Shown here: positions 7,376-14,508 of the stretch, in pieces
Layout of the letters: every line of letters starts with the position of its first letter
How positions within the stretch are numbered: the first letter of the stretch is position 1
Source of the DNA: Deltaproteobacteria bacterium
GTDB taxonomy: Bacteria > SAR324 > NAC60-12
DNA length: 14,508 nt
Assembly: GCA_038150265.1 (NCBI GenBank)
Contig: JAYOTF010000055.1
Coordinates: forward strand, 1-14,508
Direction of reading: 5' to 3'
Notes under the pieces: generated by a model
Seen by the model: the letters and a program-made list of their open reading frames with translations, nothing else
Told to the model about the DNA's origin: nothing
Database searches by the model: none
Program-made: the position numbers and the translations under genes

Positions 7376-7921
7376 TTGAAAATTACACTGGCAGGAGCCC
7401 CAGGCTCCGGAAAATCCACCCTCCGTCAGCTACTGGCGGATCACTACGGCCTTGAGGTCAAGGCGGTCGGAGACTTCATGCGGCAGGTCGCTCAGCGGTA
7501 TGGGTACACCGACATCACGGCCTTCCTCGTCGAGTACGTGTCCAGCCATCCGGAGATCGACCATGAGGTGGATGAGGAGCAACGGGCGTACGGAGCCGCG
7601 CACCAGCACTTTGTCCTCGACTCGCACATCGGGTTCCACTTTGTGCCCGACTCCCTCAAGATCCGGCTCGAGTGTGACGTGGAGGAAGCCGCCCGGCGCA
7701 TCCTGGCGGCCAAGCGGACCACGGAGTCGGCGGCCAGCCTCGAGCAAGCGGTGCAGGCCAACCGCCAGCGGGAGGAAACGATGCACCGCAACTTCCTCCA
7801 CCTCTATGGCGTGGACATTCACGATGACGCTCACTTTGACATGGTGGTCGATACCACCACGCTCCGGCCCGAGGAGGTGTTTGCGGAACTGTGCCGACGC
7901 ATTGACGCCCACTTTGCCTGA
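7376..7921 (+). CDS. cmk: Cytidylate kinase, type 2 (archaeal-type) NMP kinase
   Basis: TTG start after an AGGGGG RBS. KITLAGAPGSGKST P-loop, GDFMR..A, HPEIDHEVDEEQ, LKIRL, and LYGVDIHD...FDMVVDTT. The length of about 181 aa is typical of type 2 Cmk. Confidence 0.8.
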   Translation: MKITLAGAPGSGKSTLRQLLADHYGLEVKAVGDFMRQVAQRYGYTDITAFLVEYVSSHPEIDHEVDEEQRAYGAAHQHFVLDSHIGFHFVPDSLKIRLECDVEEAARRILAAKRTTESAASLEQAVQANRQREETMHRNFLHLYGVDIHDDAHFDMVVDTTTLRPEEVFAELCRRIDAHFA

Positions 7922-7931
7922 GGATCGAGGC

Positions 7932-7960
7932 TGGACTGTTCCCCCCAGCCCCGTTATCCT
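7932..7960 (+). promoter_or_regulatory. Sigma70 promoter of the tRNA-Arg gene
   Basis: TGGACT-N17-TATCCT followed by a GC-rich discriminator-like AGCCCC, 11 nt upstream of the tRNA. Confidence 0.5.
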
Positions 7961-7971
7961 AGCCCCTTTGT

Positions 7972-8048
7972 GCGCTCGTAGCTCAGTTGGATAGAGCAGC
8001 TGCCTTCTAAGCAGCGGGTCGATGGTTCGAATCCATCCGGGCGCGCCA
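7972..8048 (+). tRNA. tRNA-Arg (anticodon TCT)
   Basis: Acceptor stem GCGCTCG/CGGGCGC, D-arm GCTC-AGTTGGATA-GAGC, anticodon arm GCTGC-CT-TCT-AA-GCAGC, T-arm GATGG-TTCGAAT-CCATC, and encoded CCA; 77 nt. Confidence 0.97.
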
Positions 8049-8076
8049 TGTACCCTTGTTCAAACGGAGACGGATT

Positions 8077-8460
8077 TTGGAAATTCAGGGAAAGCTGATT
8101 GAGATTTTTGAAACCCAGCAGGTGAGTGATCGCTTCCGGAAACGGGAGTTTGTGCTGGAGTATGCCACCAACCCTGAGTATCCGGAATTCCTCAAGTTTG
8201 AGATGGTTCAGGACCGCTGCGAGCAACTCGACGGGTTTCAGGTCAATGAAACCGTCCAGGTGCGCTTCGACCTCAAGGGCCGGCGCTGGACCGACCGCCA
8301 GGGGCAGGTGAAGTACTTCAACTCGCTACAGGCGTGGCAGCTGGCCCGCTTGCAGGAAGACGCCCCTGCTGCAGGCTCCGGAGCCTCTGAGCCTCCCAGC
8401 ACGCCGAAGGACATGCCCCTTCCGGAACCGCCTCCCCCCGGAGACGACCTCCCCTTCTGA
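8077..8460 (+). CDS. DUF3127 family protein (SSB-like OB fold with an acidic DDLPF tail)
   Basis: TTG start after GGAG. MEIQGKLIEIFETQQVSDRFRKREFVL...YPE...FE..QD...V.V.F.L.GR.W...YFNSLQAW, then a Pro-rich linker and terminal GDDLPF. Confidence 0.88.
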   Translation: MEIQGKLIEIFETQQVSDRFRKREFVLEYATNPEYPEFLKFEMVQDRCEQLDGFQVNETVQVRFDLKGRRWTDRQGQVKYFNSLQAWQLARLQEDAPAAGSGASEPPSTPKDMPLPEPPPPGDDLPF

Positions 8461-8465
8461 CCCCC

Positions 8466-9026
8466 ATGCATCGGCACCCCCTGCTGCAGCACCTGCACAC
8501 CTACCGCCTCCAGCATCCAGACGAGCAGGCGGTGGTGTCGCTGTTCCAGACCTTTGTTTCCGCGCATCCGGATTGCTTCCAACGCCGCCTTGAGGAGGGG
8601 CACATCACCGCCTCGGCGTGGGTGCTGAGCCCTGACCTCCAGGAGGTCCTGCTCACCCATCATCGCAAGCTCAACATCTGGGTCCAGCTCGGAGGGCACG
8701 TGGAGGGCAACCCACAGGTGCAGGAAGAGGCCCTCCGGGAGGCACAGGAGGAGTCGGGTATTTCGGACCTGGAGCTGCTGGACGAGGCGATCTGGGATCT
8801 GGACCGGCACCGCATTCCGGCACGCAAAGGGGAGCCTGAACACTGGCACTACGACGTCCGTTTTCTCTTGCAGGCGCGGCACCGTGACTTTCAGGTGAGC
8901 GCCGAGTCTCACGACCTCGCGTGGGTCCCCCTTTCCGAGCTGGAAACGTACTCGCAGGAAGCCTCGTTGCTCCGGATGCGAGACAAGACCTTCAGGCGCT
9001 TCGGCGCATCCCAGCCAGGGCGTTGA
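8466..9026 (+). CDS. Nudix hydrolase
   Basis: GHITASAWV, LLTHHRKL..W.QLGGH, Nudix box GGHVEG...EALREAQEESGI, and HYDVRF. Confidence 0.92.
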   Translation: MHRHPLLQHLHTYRLQHPDEQAVVSLFQTFVSAHPDCFQRRLEEGHITASAWVLSPDLQEVLLTHHRKLNIWVQLGGHVEGNPQVQEEALREAQEESGISDLELLDEAIWDLDRHRIPARKGEPEHWHYDVRFLLQARHRDFQVSAESHDLAWVPLSELETYSQEASLLRMRDKTFRRFGASQPGR

Positions 9027-9879
9027 GCACCAGCGCGCCCAGCACAATCCCCCCGCCCCAGTAAGTGCTTTCCGGGGGGATTTCTCCGTGAAACCACCAC
9101 ACCCACAGCGGCCCCAGCAGGGTCTCCAGCAGCATGATCAGCCCCACCTCTGGAGCCGTCAGGTAGCGGGGCCCCAGCGTGATGAGCGCAAAGGACAGCG
9201 GCTGCACCAGCAGCCCCATCAGGGCCAGGGTCCCGTATTCCTCCGGACGGATGGCCCACGGATCGACAAACCACACCAGCCCCAGCGCAACCAGCAGCCC
9301 CCCGACGCCGATAGCGGGAACCAGGTTGACGGCCTTGGCCCGGCGGATGAGGACAAACTCAATGGCGCCGGCCAGCGCACACCCGAGCGCTGCCAGGTTG
9401 CCCACCCAGTTTCCGGTTCCCAGCCCATCCCAGAAGATGAGGCCCATCCCGATCATGGCCGCTGCAATGGTCAGCCAGGTCCGGAGGGCAATCTGCTCCT
9501 TGAGGACCAGCAGGCTCAGCAGCGCCGCAAGCAGTGGGATCGCGCTGAGGATGATGAGGGCGTTGGCCACCACCGTGTACTTGATGGCGGTGACAAACAT
9601 GGTGGTGCCAAAGGCAAAGGAGCACGCGACCGCAAAGCCGGTGGGCCCAATGCTCCGGAGGAGCGGAAAGAGGCGGCCCCGGTACTGAATGAGGAAGAAG
9701 CTGAGGATGACCACCCCGATCATCAGCCCCCGCCAGAAGGTGACCAGCAGGGCCGGACCCGTGATGGCACGGATGAGGGCGCTGTCCGGAGAGAGGATGA
9801 TGACGCCCGAGAGGGTAATCGCCAGGCCATACAGGTGGGTGCGCTCCGGGGCGAGAGCCGGAGCCTCGGCTGGCGTCAT
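8992..9879 (-). CDS. DMT superfamily (EamA) transporter
   Basis: About 10 hydrophobic segments in two EamA halves; LSPDS, PLLAALLS..VLKE, GPRYLTAPEVGLIMLLETLLGPLWVW...GE.P. Confidence 0.92.
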   Translation of the reverse strand: MTPAEAPALAPERTHLYGLAITLSGVIILSPDSALIRAITGPALLVTFWRGLMIGVVILSFFLIQYRGRLFPLLRSIGPTGFAVACSFAFGTTMFVTAIKYTVVANALIILSAIPLLAALLSLLVLKEQIALRTWLTIAAAMIGMGLIFWDGLGTGNWVGNLAALGCALAGAIEFVLIRRAKAVNLVPAIGVGGLLVALGLVWFVDPWAIRPEEYGTLALMGLLVQPLSFALITLGPRYLTAPEVGLIMLLETLLGPLWVWWFHGEIPPESTYWGGGIVLGALVLNALAGMRRSA

Positions 9880-10640
9880 TGCGGGGCCCGTTCCAGCTGC
9901 CGGATCCGCAGCTGAGCGGGGGTGGTGAAGGGGCTGTCGGGGTACTGCTCCAGGAAGAAACGCAGGTCCTCCGGATCCTCTGAATCCTTGACCAGGTTCC
10001 AGGTCTCTTCCTCGGCCGCCCGTGCCTGTTCCCGCAGGGCCTTCTCCCGGGCGCGGGCCACGGTGACGTCCTCGCGGATCACGCCCTTGTCATAGACGGG
10101 CTGCTCCTCTTCATCCATGGTGCCCAGCAGCTGGTCTCGGGTGACCAGGATGCGCCAGTTCTTGCGGGATTCAAACGAGGAGGGGTAGGCGTAGGGGCCG
10201 ACCTGAAAGACCACCTCCTGGGCCTCGGCGAGGGTCGTGAAGTCGTCAATCGGCAGCGGAAGGTAGAAGGCCTCCCCCCAGGAACCCGTGGTGCCATCGG
10301 CATTTTGAGCGAGGGCATTGAAGTCATCCTCGTATTCACGGTCTGGAAAGCGGAAGGCGCGGCCATCGGCCTGAATCTCAAACGCCTTGCCCTTGAGGAA
10401 CACGAAGCGGTCCAGGGACTTGAGGCGGAACTGGATGTTCTCATCGCAGATGGTTTTGCCCGGACAGTCCTGGTAGGCCTCCAGCGTCACCTCCTTGGGA
10501 ATGTCGGGGCTGCTCAGGCGGATCGGCTGCGGGGCAAAGCGGGTGCGGTCATCCTTCTCAAAGTATTCCAGCGTCACCGGGCGGGTGCAGGCAGAGAGCA
10601 GCAACAGCACAACAAGCAGGAGTCCAGCGGGTGTCTTCAT
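9876..10640 (-). CDS. Hypothetical lipoprotein with a C-terminal helical 'W..S.D...FL..YP.S.F...A..RI' module
   Basis: MKTPAGLLLVVLLLLSA-C lipobox (start 10640 preferred over 10676). The stop overlaps the DMT start (ATGA). Confidence 0.75.
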   Translation of the reverse strand: MKTPAGLLLVVLLLLSACTRPVTLEYFEKDDRTRFAPQPIRLSSPDIPKEVTLEAYQDCPGKTICDENIQFRLKSLDRFVFLKGKAFEIQADGRAFRFPDREYEDDFNALAQNADGTTGSWGEAFYLPLPIDDFTTLAEAQEVVFQVGPYAYPSSFESRKNWRILVTRDQLLGTMDEEEQPVYDKGVIREDVTVARAREKALREQARAAEEETWNLVKDSEDPEDLRFFLEQYPDSPFTTPAQLRIRQLERAPQ

Positions 10641-10829
10641 GGGTCGAGTTCGGGAGTAAGGGGTCGACAGGATCACCTCACTAGCCTAGTGGACTGGTGA
10701 CACCCAGCAAGCCGGAAAGCATGGGGGCGCTCCCTGGGCGCATTTTGATCTTGTGGAACGAGTCCGGGATGGAATGCTATAAAGGATCCTCAAACAGGAA
10801 CGAAACCTATTGAAAGACGGGAGAGTTGC

Positions 10830-12659
10830 ATGAAACGGTTTTTGATCAGTCTGACAGCCGGGGCCCTGATGGCCCCAGCCTGGGTGTCGGCCGAGCCGCA
10901 GCACGGCCTTGCCATGAACGGGACCCCGAAGTATGCCGCAGGGTTCACGCACTTTGAGTACGTGAATCCGGACGCGCCCAAGGGCGGAGAGATTCGCCTG
11001 CACTCCCTGGGAGGCTTTGACAGCTTCAATGGCTTCATTGCCAAGGGGGAGCCCGCTGACGGCCTGGGTCTGATCTATGACACCCTGATGGTCAGCTCCG
11101 ACGACGAGGCGTTCACGGAGTACGGCTTGGTGGCCGATTCGATTGAGACGCCAGAGGACCGCAGCTGGGTGATCTTCCACCTCAATCCGGAGGCACGCTT
11201 TCACGATGGCACCCTGATCACCGTGGACGACGTCATGTTTACCTTCAACACGCTTGTGGAGCAGGGGGCGCCGTTTTACAAGTCGTATTACGGCGAGGTC
11301 GACCGGATGGAAGACCTGGGGGACCGACGCATCAAGTTCCACTTCAAGGAAGGCGTGGTGAACCGTGAGCTGCCGCTCATCCTGGGGCAGCTTCCGGTGC
11401 TGCCGAAGCACTGGTGGGCCGACCGGGACTTCAGCAAGGCTGGGCTGGAGCCCCCGCTGGGAAGCGGTCCCTACCGCATCAAGGACTTTGAGCCCGGGAA
11501 GTCGGTGACCTATGAGCGTGTTCCCGACTACTGGGCGCAGAACCTTCCGGTGGCCAGGGGCAGCTCCAACTTTGATGAGGTGCGCTACGACTACTTCCGC
11601 GATGACACCGTGGCCCTGGAAGCCTTCAAGGCGGGCGAGTACGACTTCCGGCAGGAGAACACCTCGAAGCTCTGGGGGACGATGTACACCGGGGAGCGCT
11701 TTGACAAGGAGCAGATCATCAAGGCCGAGATCAGCCACGAGCTGCCCCGGGGCATGCAGGGGTTTGGCTACAACCTGCGCCGCGAGCTGTTTCAGGATCG
11801 TCGGGTCCGGGAAGCACTGGGGTACGCCTTTGACTTTGAGTGGAGCAACAAGAACCTCTTTTACGGCCAGTACCGCCGCAGCAACAGCTTCTTCACCAAC
11901 TCCGAGCTGGCCTCACGGGGCAAGCCGACTCCTGAGGAGCTGGCCATCCTGGAGCCCTTCCGGAAGGACCTGCCTGAGGAGGTCTTCACCGAAGCCTTCA
12001 CGGTGCCACAGACCGATGGCTCCGGAAACCTGCGGACGCAGCTCCGGCAGGCGTCTCGGCTCCTCAACGAAGCCGGATGGACCGTTCAGGACGGCAAGCG
12101 GGTGAATGCCGCAGGGCAGCCGTTCGAGTTTGAGATCCTGCTGGTGTCTCCCGCCTTTGAGCGCATCGTCCTCCCCTTTGCCAAGAACCTGGAGCGCCTC
12201 GGCATCACCGCCAACGTCCGGACCGTGGACACGTCTCAGTACATTGAGCGGCTCCGGAAGTTTGACTTTGACATGATCGTGGTGACGTTGGGGCAGTCGC
12301 TCTCTCCAGGGAATGAGCAGCATGAGTTCTGGAGCTGTGAGGCGGCTCAGGCGGAAGGCAGCCGGAACTACATGGGCATCTGCAATCCGGCGATTGATGA
12401 GCTGATCAAGCTGGTGATTGCGGCTCCGAATCGCGAGGAGCTGATCACCCGGACGCGGGCGCTGGACCGGGCGTTGCTGTGGAACCACTTTGTCATTCCG
12501 CAGTGGCACATCAACTACTTCCGGCTGGGGTACTGGAACAAGTTTTCCCACCCGGAGGTGACGCCCAAGTATGGCCTGGGCCTCTTCACCTGGTGGGTGG
12601 ATCCTGCCAAGGAAGCCCAGCTCAAGGACTCCGGAGTGGGCTTAAAGTCCCTCCCGTGA
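10830..12659 (+). CDS. yejA: ABC transporter family 5 extracellular solute-binding protein, YejA-like (peptide / microcin C)
   Basis: Sec signal peptide after a GGGAG RBS. HGLAM.G.PKY..GF.HF.YVNPDAPKGG, FDSFN.FI.KG, EARFHDG, PPLGSGPY, DYWA..LPV..G..NFD, SPGNEQ..FW, and RALDR.L.W. Confidence 0.9.
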   Translation: MKRFLISLTAGALMAPAWVSAEPQHGLAMNGTPKYAAGFTHFEYVNPDAPKGGEIRLHSLGGFDSFNGFIAKGEPADGLGLIYDTLMVSSDDEAFTEYGLVADSIETPEDRSWVIFHLNPEARFHDGTLITVDDVMFTFNTLVEQGAPFYKSYYGEVDRMEDLGDRRIKFHFKEGVVNRELPLILGQLPVLPKHWWADRDFSKAGLEPPLGSGPYRIKDFEPGKSVTYERVPDYWAQNLPVARGSSNFDEVRYDYFRDDTVALEAFKAGEYDFRQENTSKLWGTMYTGERFDKEQIIKAEISHELPRGMQGFGYNLRRELFQDRRVREALGYAFDFEWSNKNLFYGQYRRSNSFFTNSELASRGKPTPEELAILEPFRKDLPEEVFTEAFTVPQTDGSGNLRTQLRQASRLLNEAGWTVQDGKRVNAAGQPFEFEILLVSPAFERIVLPFAKNLERLGITANVRTVDTSQYIERLRKFDFDMIVVTLGQSLSPGNEQHEFWSCEAAQAEGSRNYMGICNPAIDELIKLVIAAPNREELITRTRALDRALLWNHFVIPQWHINYFRLGYWNKFSHPEVTPKYGLGLFTWWVDPAKEAQLKDSGVGLKSLP

Positions 12660-13799
12660 CCCTTCCGAGGGAGCCGGAAGCTGCACGTGCGCACGGAGCG
12701 CTTCCGGAACCTTCAGGATCACCTCTTCTCCCAACTCGGCAAAGTATCCCTCCTGCGTGGTCGCCAGCTCAAGCGTCAGGGTCTCGCCCTGACGGCTCAC
12801 CTGCCACGTCAACCGATGCTGGGCATCCGGAAGAGCAAACCCACGGGCTTCAAGAAACAGCTCCAGGGTGCCTTCCGGTCCAGCCTCAACCTTCCAGCGC
12901 CCTGCTTCAATGGGGCTGTTGACCTCAATCTGGGTGATGCCTTCCGGAAGGGGGGCGTCTCGCCGGTAGTCGGCATAAAAGGGCCGACGGGTCAGGTAGA
13001 GCACCAGCATCACCCCCATGAAAGCGGCCAGGCCCCAGCCGACGCGCTTCTTGGTTTGTTCCGTGAGCGGACGCAGCCGGTGTTCGGAGACCGGTGGCTG
13101 CAGGATCCAGTCGTAGAGGATCACCATCACCAGCCAGAGGCTCCCCCACGCCCAAAGCGCATCGGTCAGGAAGTGCCCCCCCTGCACAATGCGGGCAGCA
13201 CTCATCAAGCCTCCGTAGAGCATGCCTCCCACCAGCATCCCGATGGCCAGCTTGCGGGACCGGTTCCAGAAGACGATGCCGGTGCTGAAGACAAAGCCCA
13301 TGGTGCAGTGTCCGCAGGGGAAGGAGCGGCCCTTGCCGGCGATCCCCAGCGTCAGAGGCGGGCGGTACTGCCAGGGGCCTCCGAACTCAACCACCTCGCG
13401 AGGGCGGGGGCGGCCCGTGTGTTCCTTGAGGAGGGTGTTGACGAGGATGCCCGCCCCAAGGATGGGCACCAGGGCATAGACGAGCAGGTACGGACGCCAC
13501 CGTGCCAAGCGGGGATCCCGGAGGCCCCGGTACCAGAAGAAGAGCACCGCGATCATCACCACAAAGGCCGGGACGGTGCCCCAGCGATAGAGCCAGCGCC
13601 ATGGCTCATCATTGGCCAGGAACCACCCGGAAGGGGCTTCGTAGGCGAGCGCTGCCACCCGGAGGTCGGCTTGCTGCGACTCCAGCCAGAAGGTCAGGCT
13701 GACCAGCCCGGTCAGGAGGAGGAGGATCCGGATCAGCCCTCGTTTGCGGAGGGCCTGGGCCTGGTGCTGAAGCTCGTGATCAGACGGCGGTGCAGTCAT
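12642..13799 (-). CDS. PAP2 family integral membrane phosphatase with an extra C-terminal TM helix and soluble beta-rich domain
   Basis: Motif 1 KEHTGRPRP, motif 2 SFPCGH, motif 3 RIVQGGHFLTD; multiple TM helices. Confidence 0.88.
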   Translation of the reverse strand: MTAPPSDHELQHQAQALRKRGLIRILLLLTGLVSLTFWLESQQADLRVAALAYEAPSGWFLANDEPWRWLYRWGTVPAFVVMIAVLFFWYRGLRDPRLARWRPYLLVYALVPILGAGILVNTLLKEHTGRPRPREVVEFGGPWQYRPPLTLGIAGKGRSFPCGHCTMGFVFSTGIVFWNRSRKLAIGMLVGGMLYGGLMSAARIVQGGHFLTDALWAWGSLWLVMVILYDWILQPPVSEHRLRPLTEQTKKRVGWGLAAFMGVMLVLYLTRRPFYADYRRDAPLPEGITQIEVNSPIEAGRWKVEAGPEGTLELFLEARGFALPDAQHRLTWQVSRQGETLTLELATTQEGYFAELGEEVILKVPEALRAHVQLPAPSEGSREGL

Positions 13800-14506
13800 G
13801 AGGAAGGAGGCAGTGGCTCAAAGAAGGCGTGGAGCATCTTCAGGTGAAGCTCCCGGGCCTGGGTGATGGCCCAGGCAGAGAGGAGCCCCCCAAGAGGAGT
13901 CAGCCCCAGCAGCAGCGGCGGATCCTGAAAGGAGATTGCGCGGATGCCCAGAAAGATGCCCATCACGCCGAGGACAAAGAGGAACCCCCACCCGGCAAAA
14001 CGCAGCTCCCAGTAGGCCGGAAGCGGAGGGTAGGTCCCGTTCAGGGCCACGTAGAGGCGCTGCTGGGGGGTCTTGAGGAGGTGCAGGTGCACCCAGTGAA
14101 GCATCGCCCAGACGGGCAGAATCATCCCGAGGCTGTCGCTGATCCAGTGGTGAGCGGTCATGGCTCGGCCCACTCCCATCGCCACTGCCAGCAGGAGGAC
14201 GCACAGCCCGAGTCCTGCAGCCACCGCTTTCCTTCCCCACCCGGGCTTCGGGCTCCACCAGAGCAGGTAGCAGGGCATCAGCAGGGTCAAGACGGCTGCC
14301 GTGTGCCCGCTGGGGAAGCTCCCATGGTAAACGCCTTCGGTGATGAAGTGAGGGCCAAAGGAAAGCCAGGGGGTGTAGAGCCACTCGCCACTCCAGACTT
14401 CATGGGGCCGGGCGCGCCCAATCACCCACTTGAGGCTGTGGACGAGTCCCAGGGCCCCTGCCAGAGCAGCCAGAACAATGAAGCCGAGCTCCGGACGGTA
14501 GCGCCG
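13796..14506 (-). CDS. PAP2 family integral membrane phosphatase; 5' end lies outside the window
   Basis: The frame is open to the window edge (RRYRPELGFIVLAALAGALGLVHSLKWVIGRARP). Motifs KWVIGRARP, SFPSGH and RAMTAHHWISD. The stop overlaps the next ATG (ATGA). Confidence 0.87.
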   Translation of the reverse strand, partial: RRYRPELGFIVLAALAGALGLVHSLKWVIGRARPHEVWSGEWLYTPWLSFGPHFITEGVYHGSFPSGHTAAVLTLLMPCYLLWWSPKPGWGRKAVAAGLGLCVLLLAVAMGVGRAMTAHHWISDSLGMILPVWAMLHWVHLHLLKTPQQRLYVALNGTYPPLPAYWELRFAGWGFLFVLGVMGIFLGIRAISFQDPPLLLGLTPLGGLLSAWAITQARELHLKMLHAFFEPLPPSS

Positions 14507-14508
14507 CA

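Noticed and set aside
10686..13847. Long antisense or alternate-frame ORFs over yejA and PAP2 (10686-11738, 11913-12551, 12687-13847), and similar ones at 1354-2286, 3055-3831 and 9088-9915
   Set aside because: Shadow ORFs of well-supported genes in high-GC DNA, with no motifs.
14408..14418. CCGGGCGCGCC matching the tRNA-Arg 3' end (8037-8047), a possible attR
   Set aside because: Only 11 all-GC bases, lying within the conserved GRARP codons of PAP2. There is no integrase and no compositional shift between the two copies.

Overview
A GC-rich (about 62%) bacterial chromosomal segment. It is probably from a Gram-negative, deltaproteobacteria-like lineage such as SAR324, but this is inference only. 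It holds about 15 densely packed protein genes and one tRNA. In order: the 3' part of a lower-GC NHL-repeat protein; an M48 lipoprotein peptidase; a minus-strand operon of MTAP-family nucleoside phosphorylase, hypothetical protein and GNAT; htpG; a coiled-coil hypothetical protein with a near-consensus sigma70 promoter; yicC; an archaeal-type (type 2) cytidylate kinase; tRNA-Arg(TCT); a DUF3127 SSB-like protein; a Nudix hydrolase; a DMT/EamA transporter; a lipoprotein; a stand-alone YejA-like peptide-binding protein; and two tandem PAP2 membrane phosphatases, the second cut by the window edge. No integrase, transposase or CRISPR array was seen. Two signals are not explained by the gene list. 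First, the palindrome TCCGGA occurs about 35 times by manual count against about 5 expected, in all reading frames, and is absent from the low-GC first 1.4 kb; this resembles a HIP1-type iterated palindrome. Second, the NHL protein is packed with D-N-x-S/T motifs (10 of its 12 DN dipeptides), a candidate signature of a non-canonical bacterial N-glycosylation sequon.
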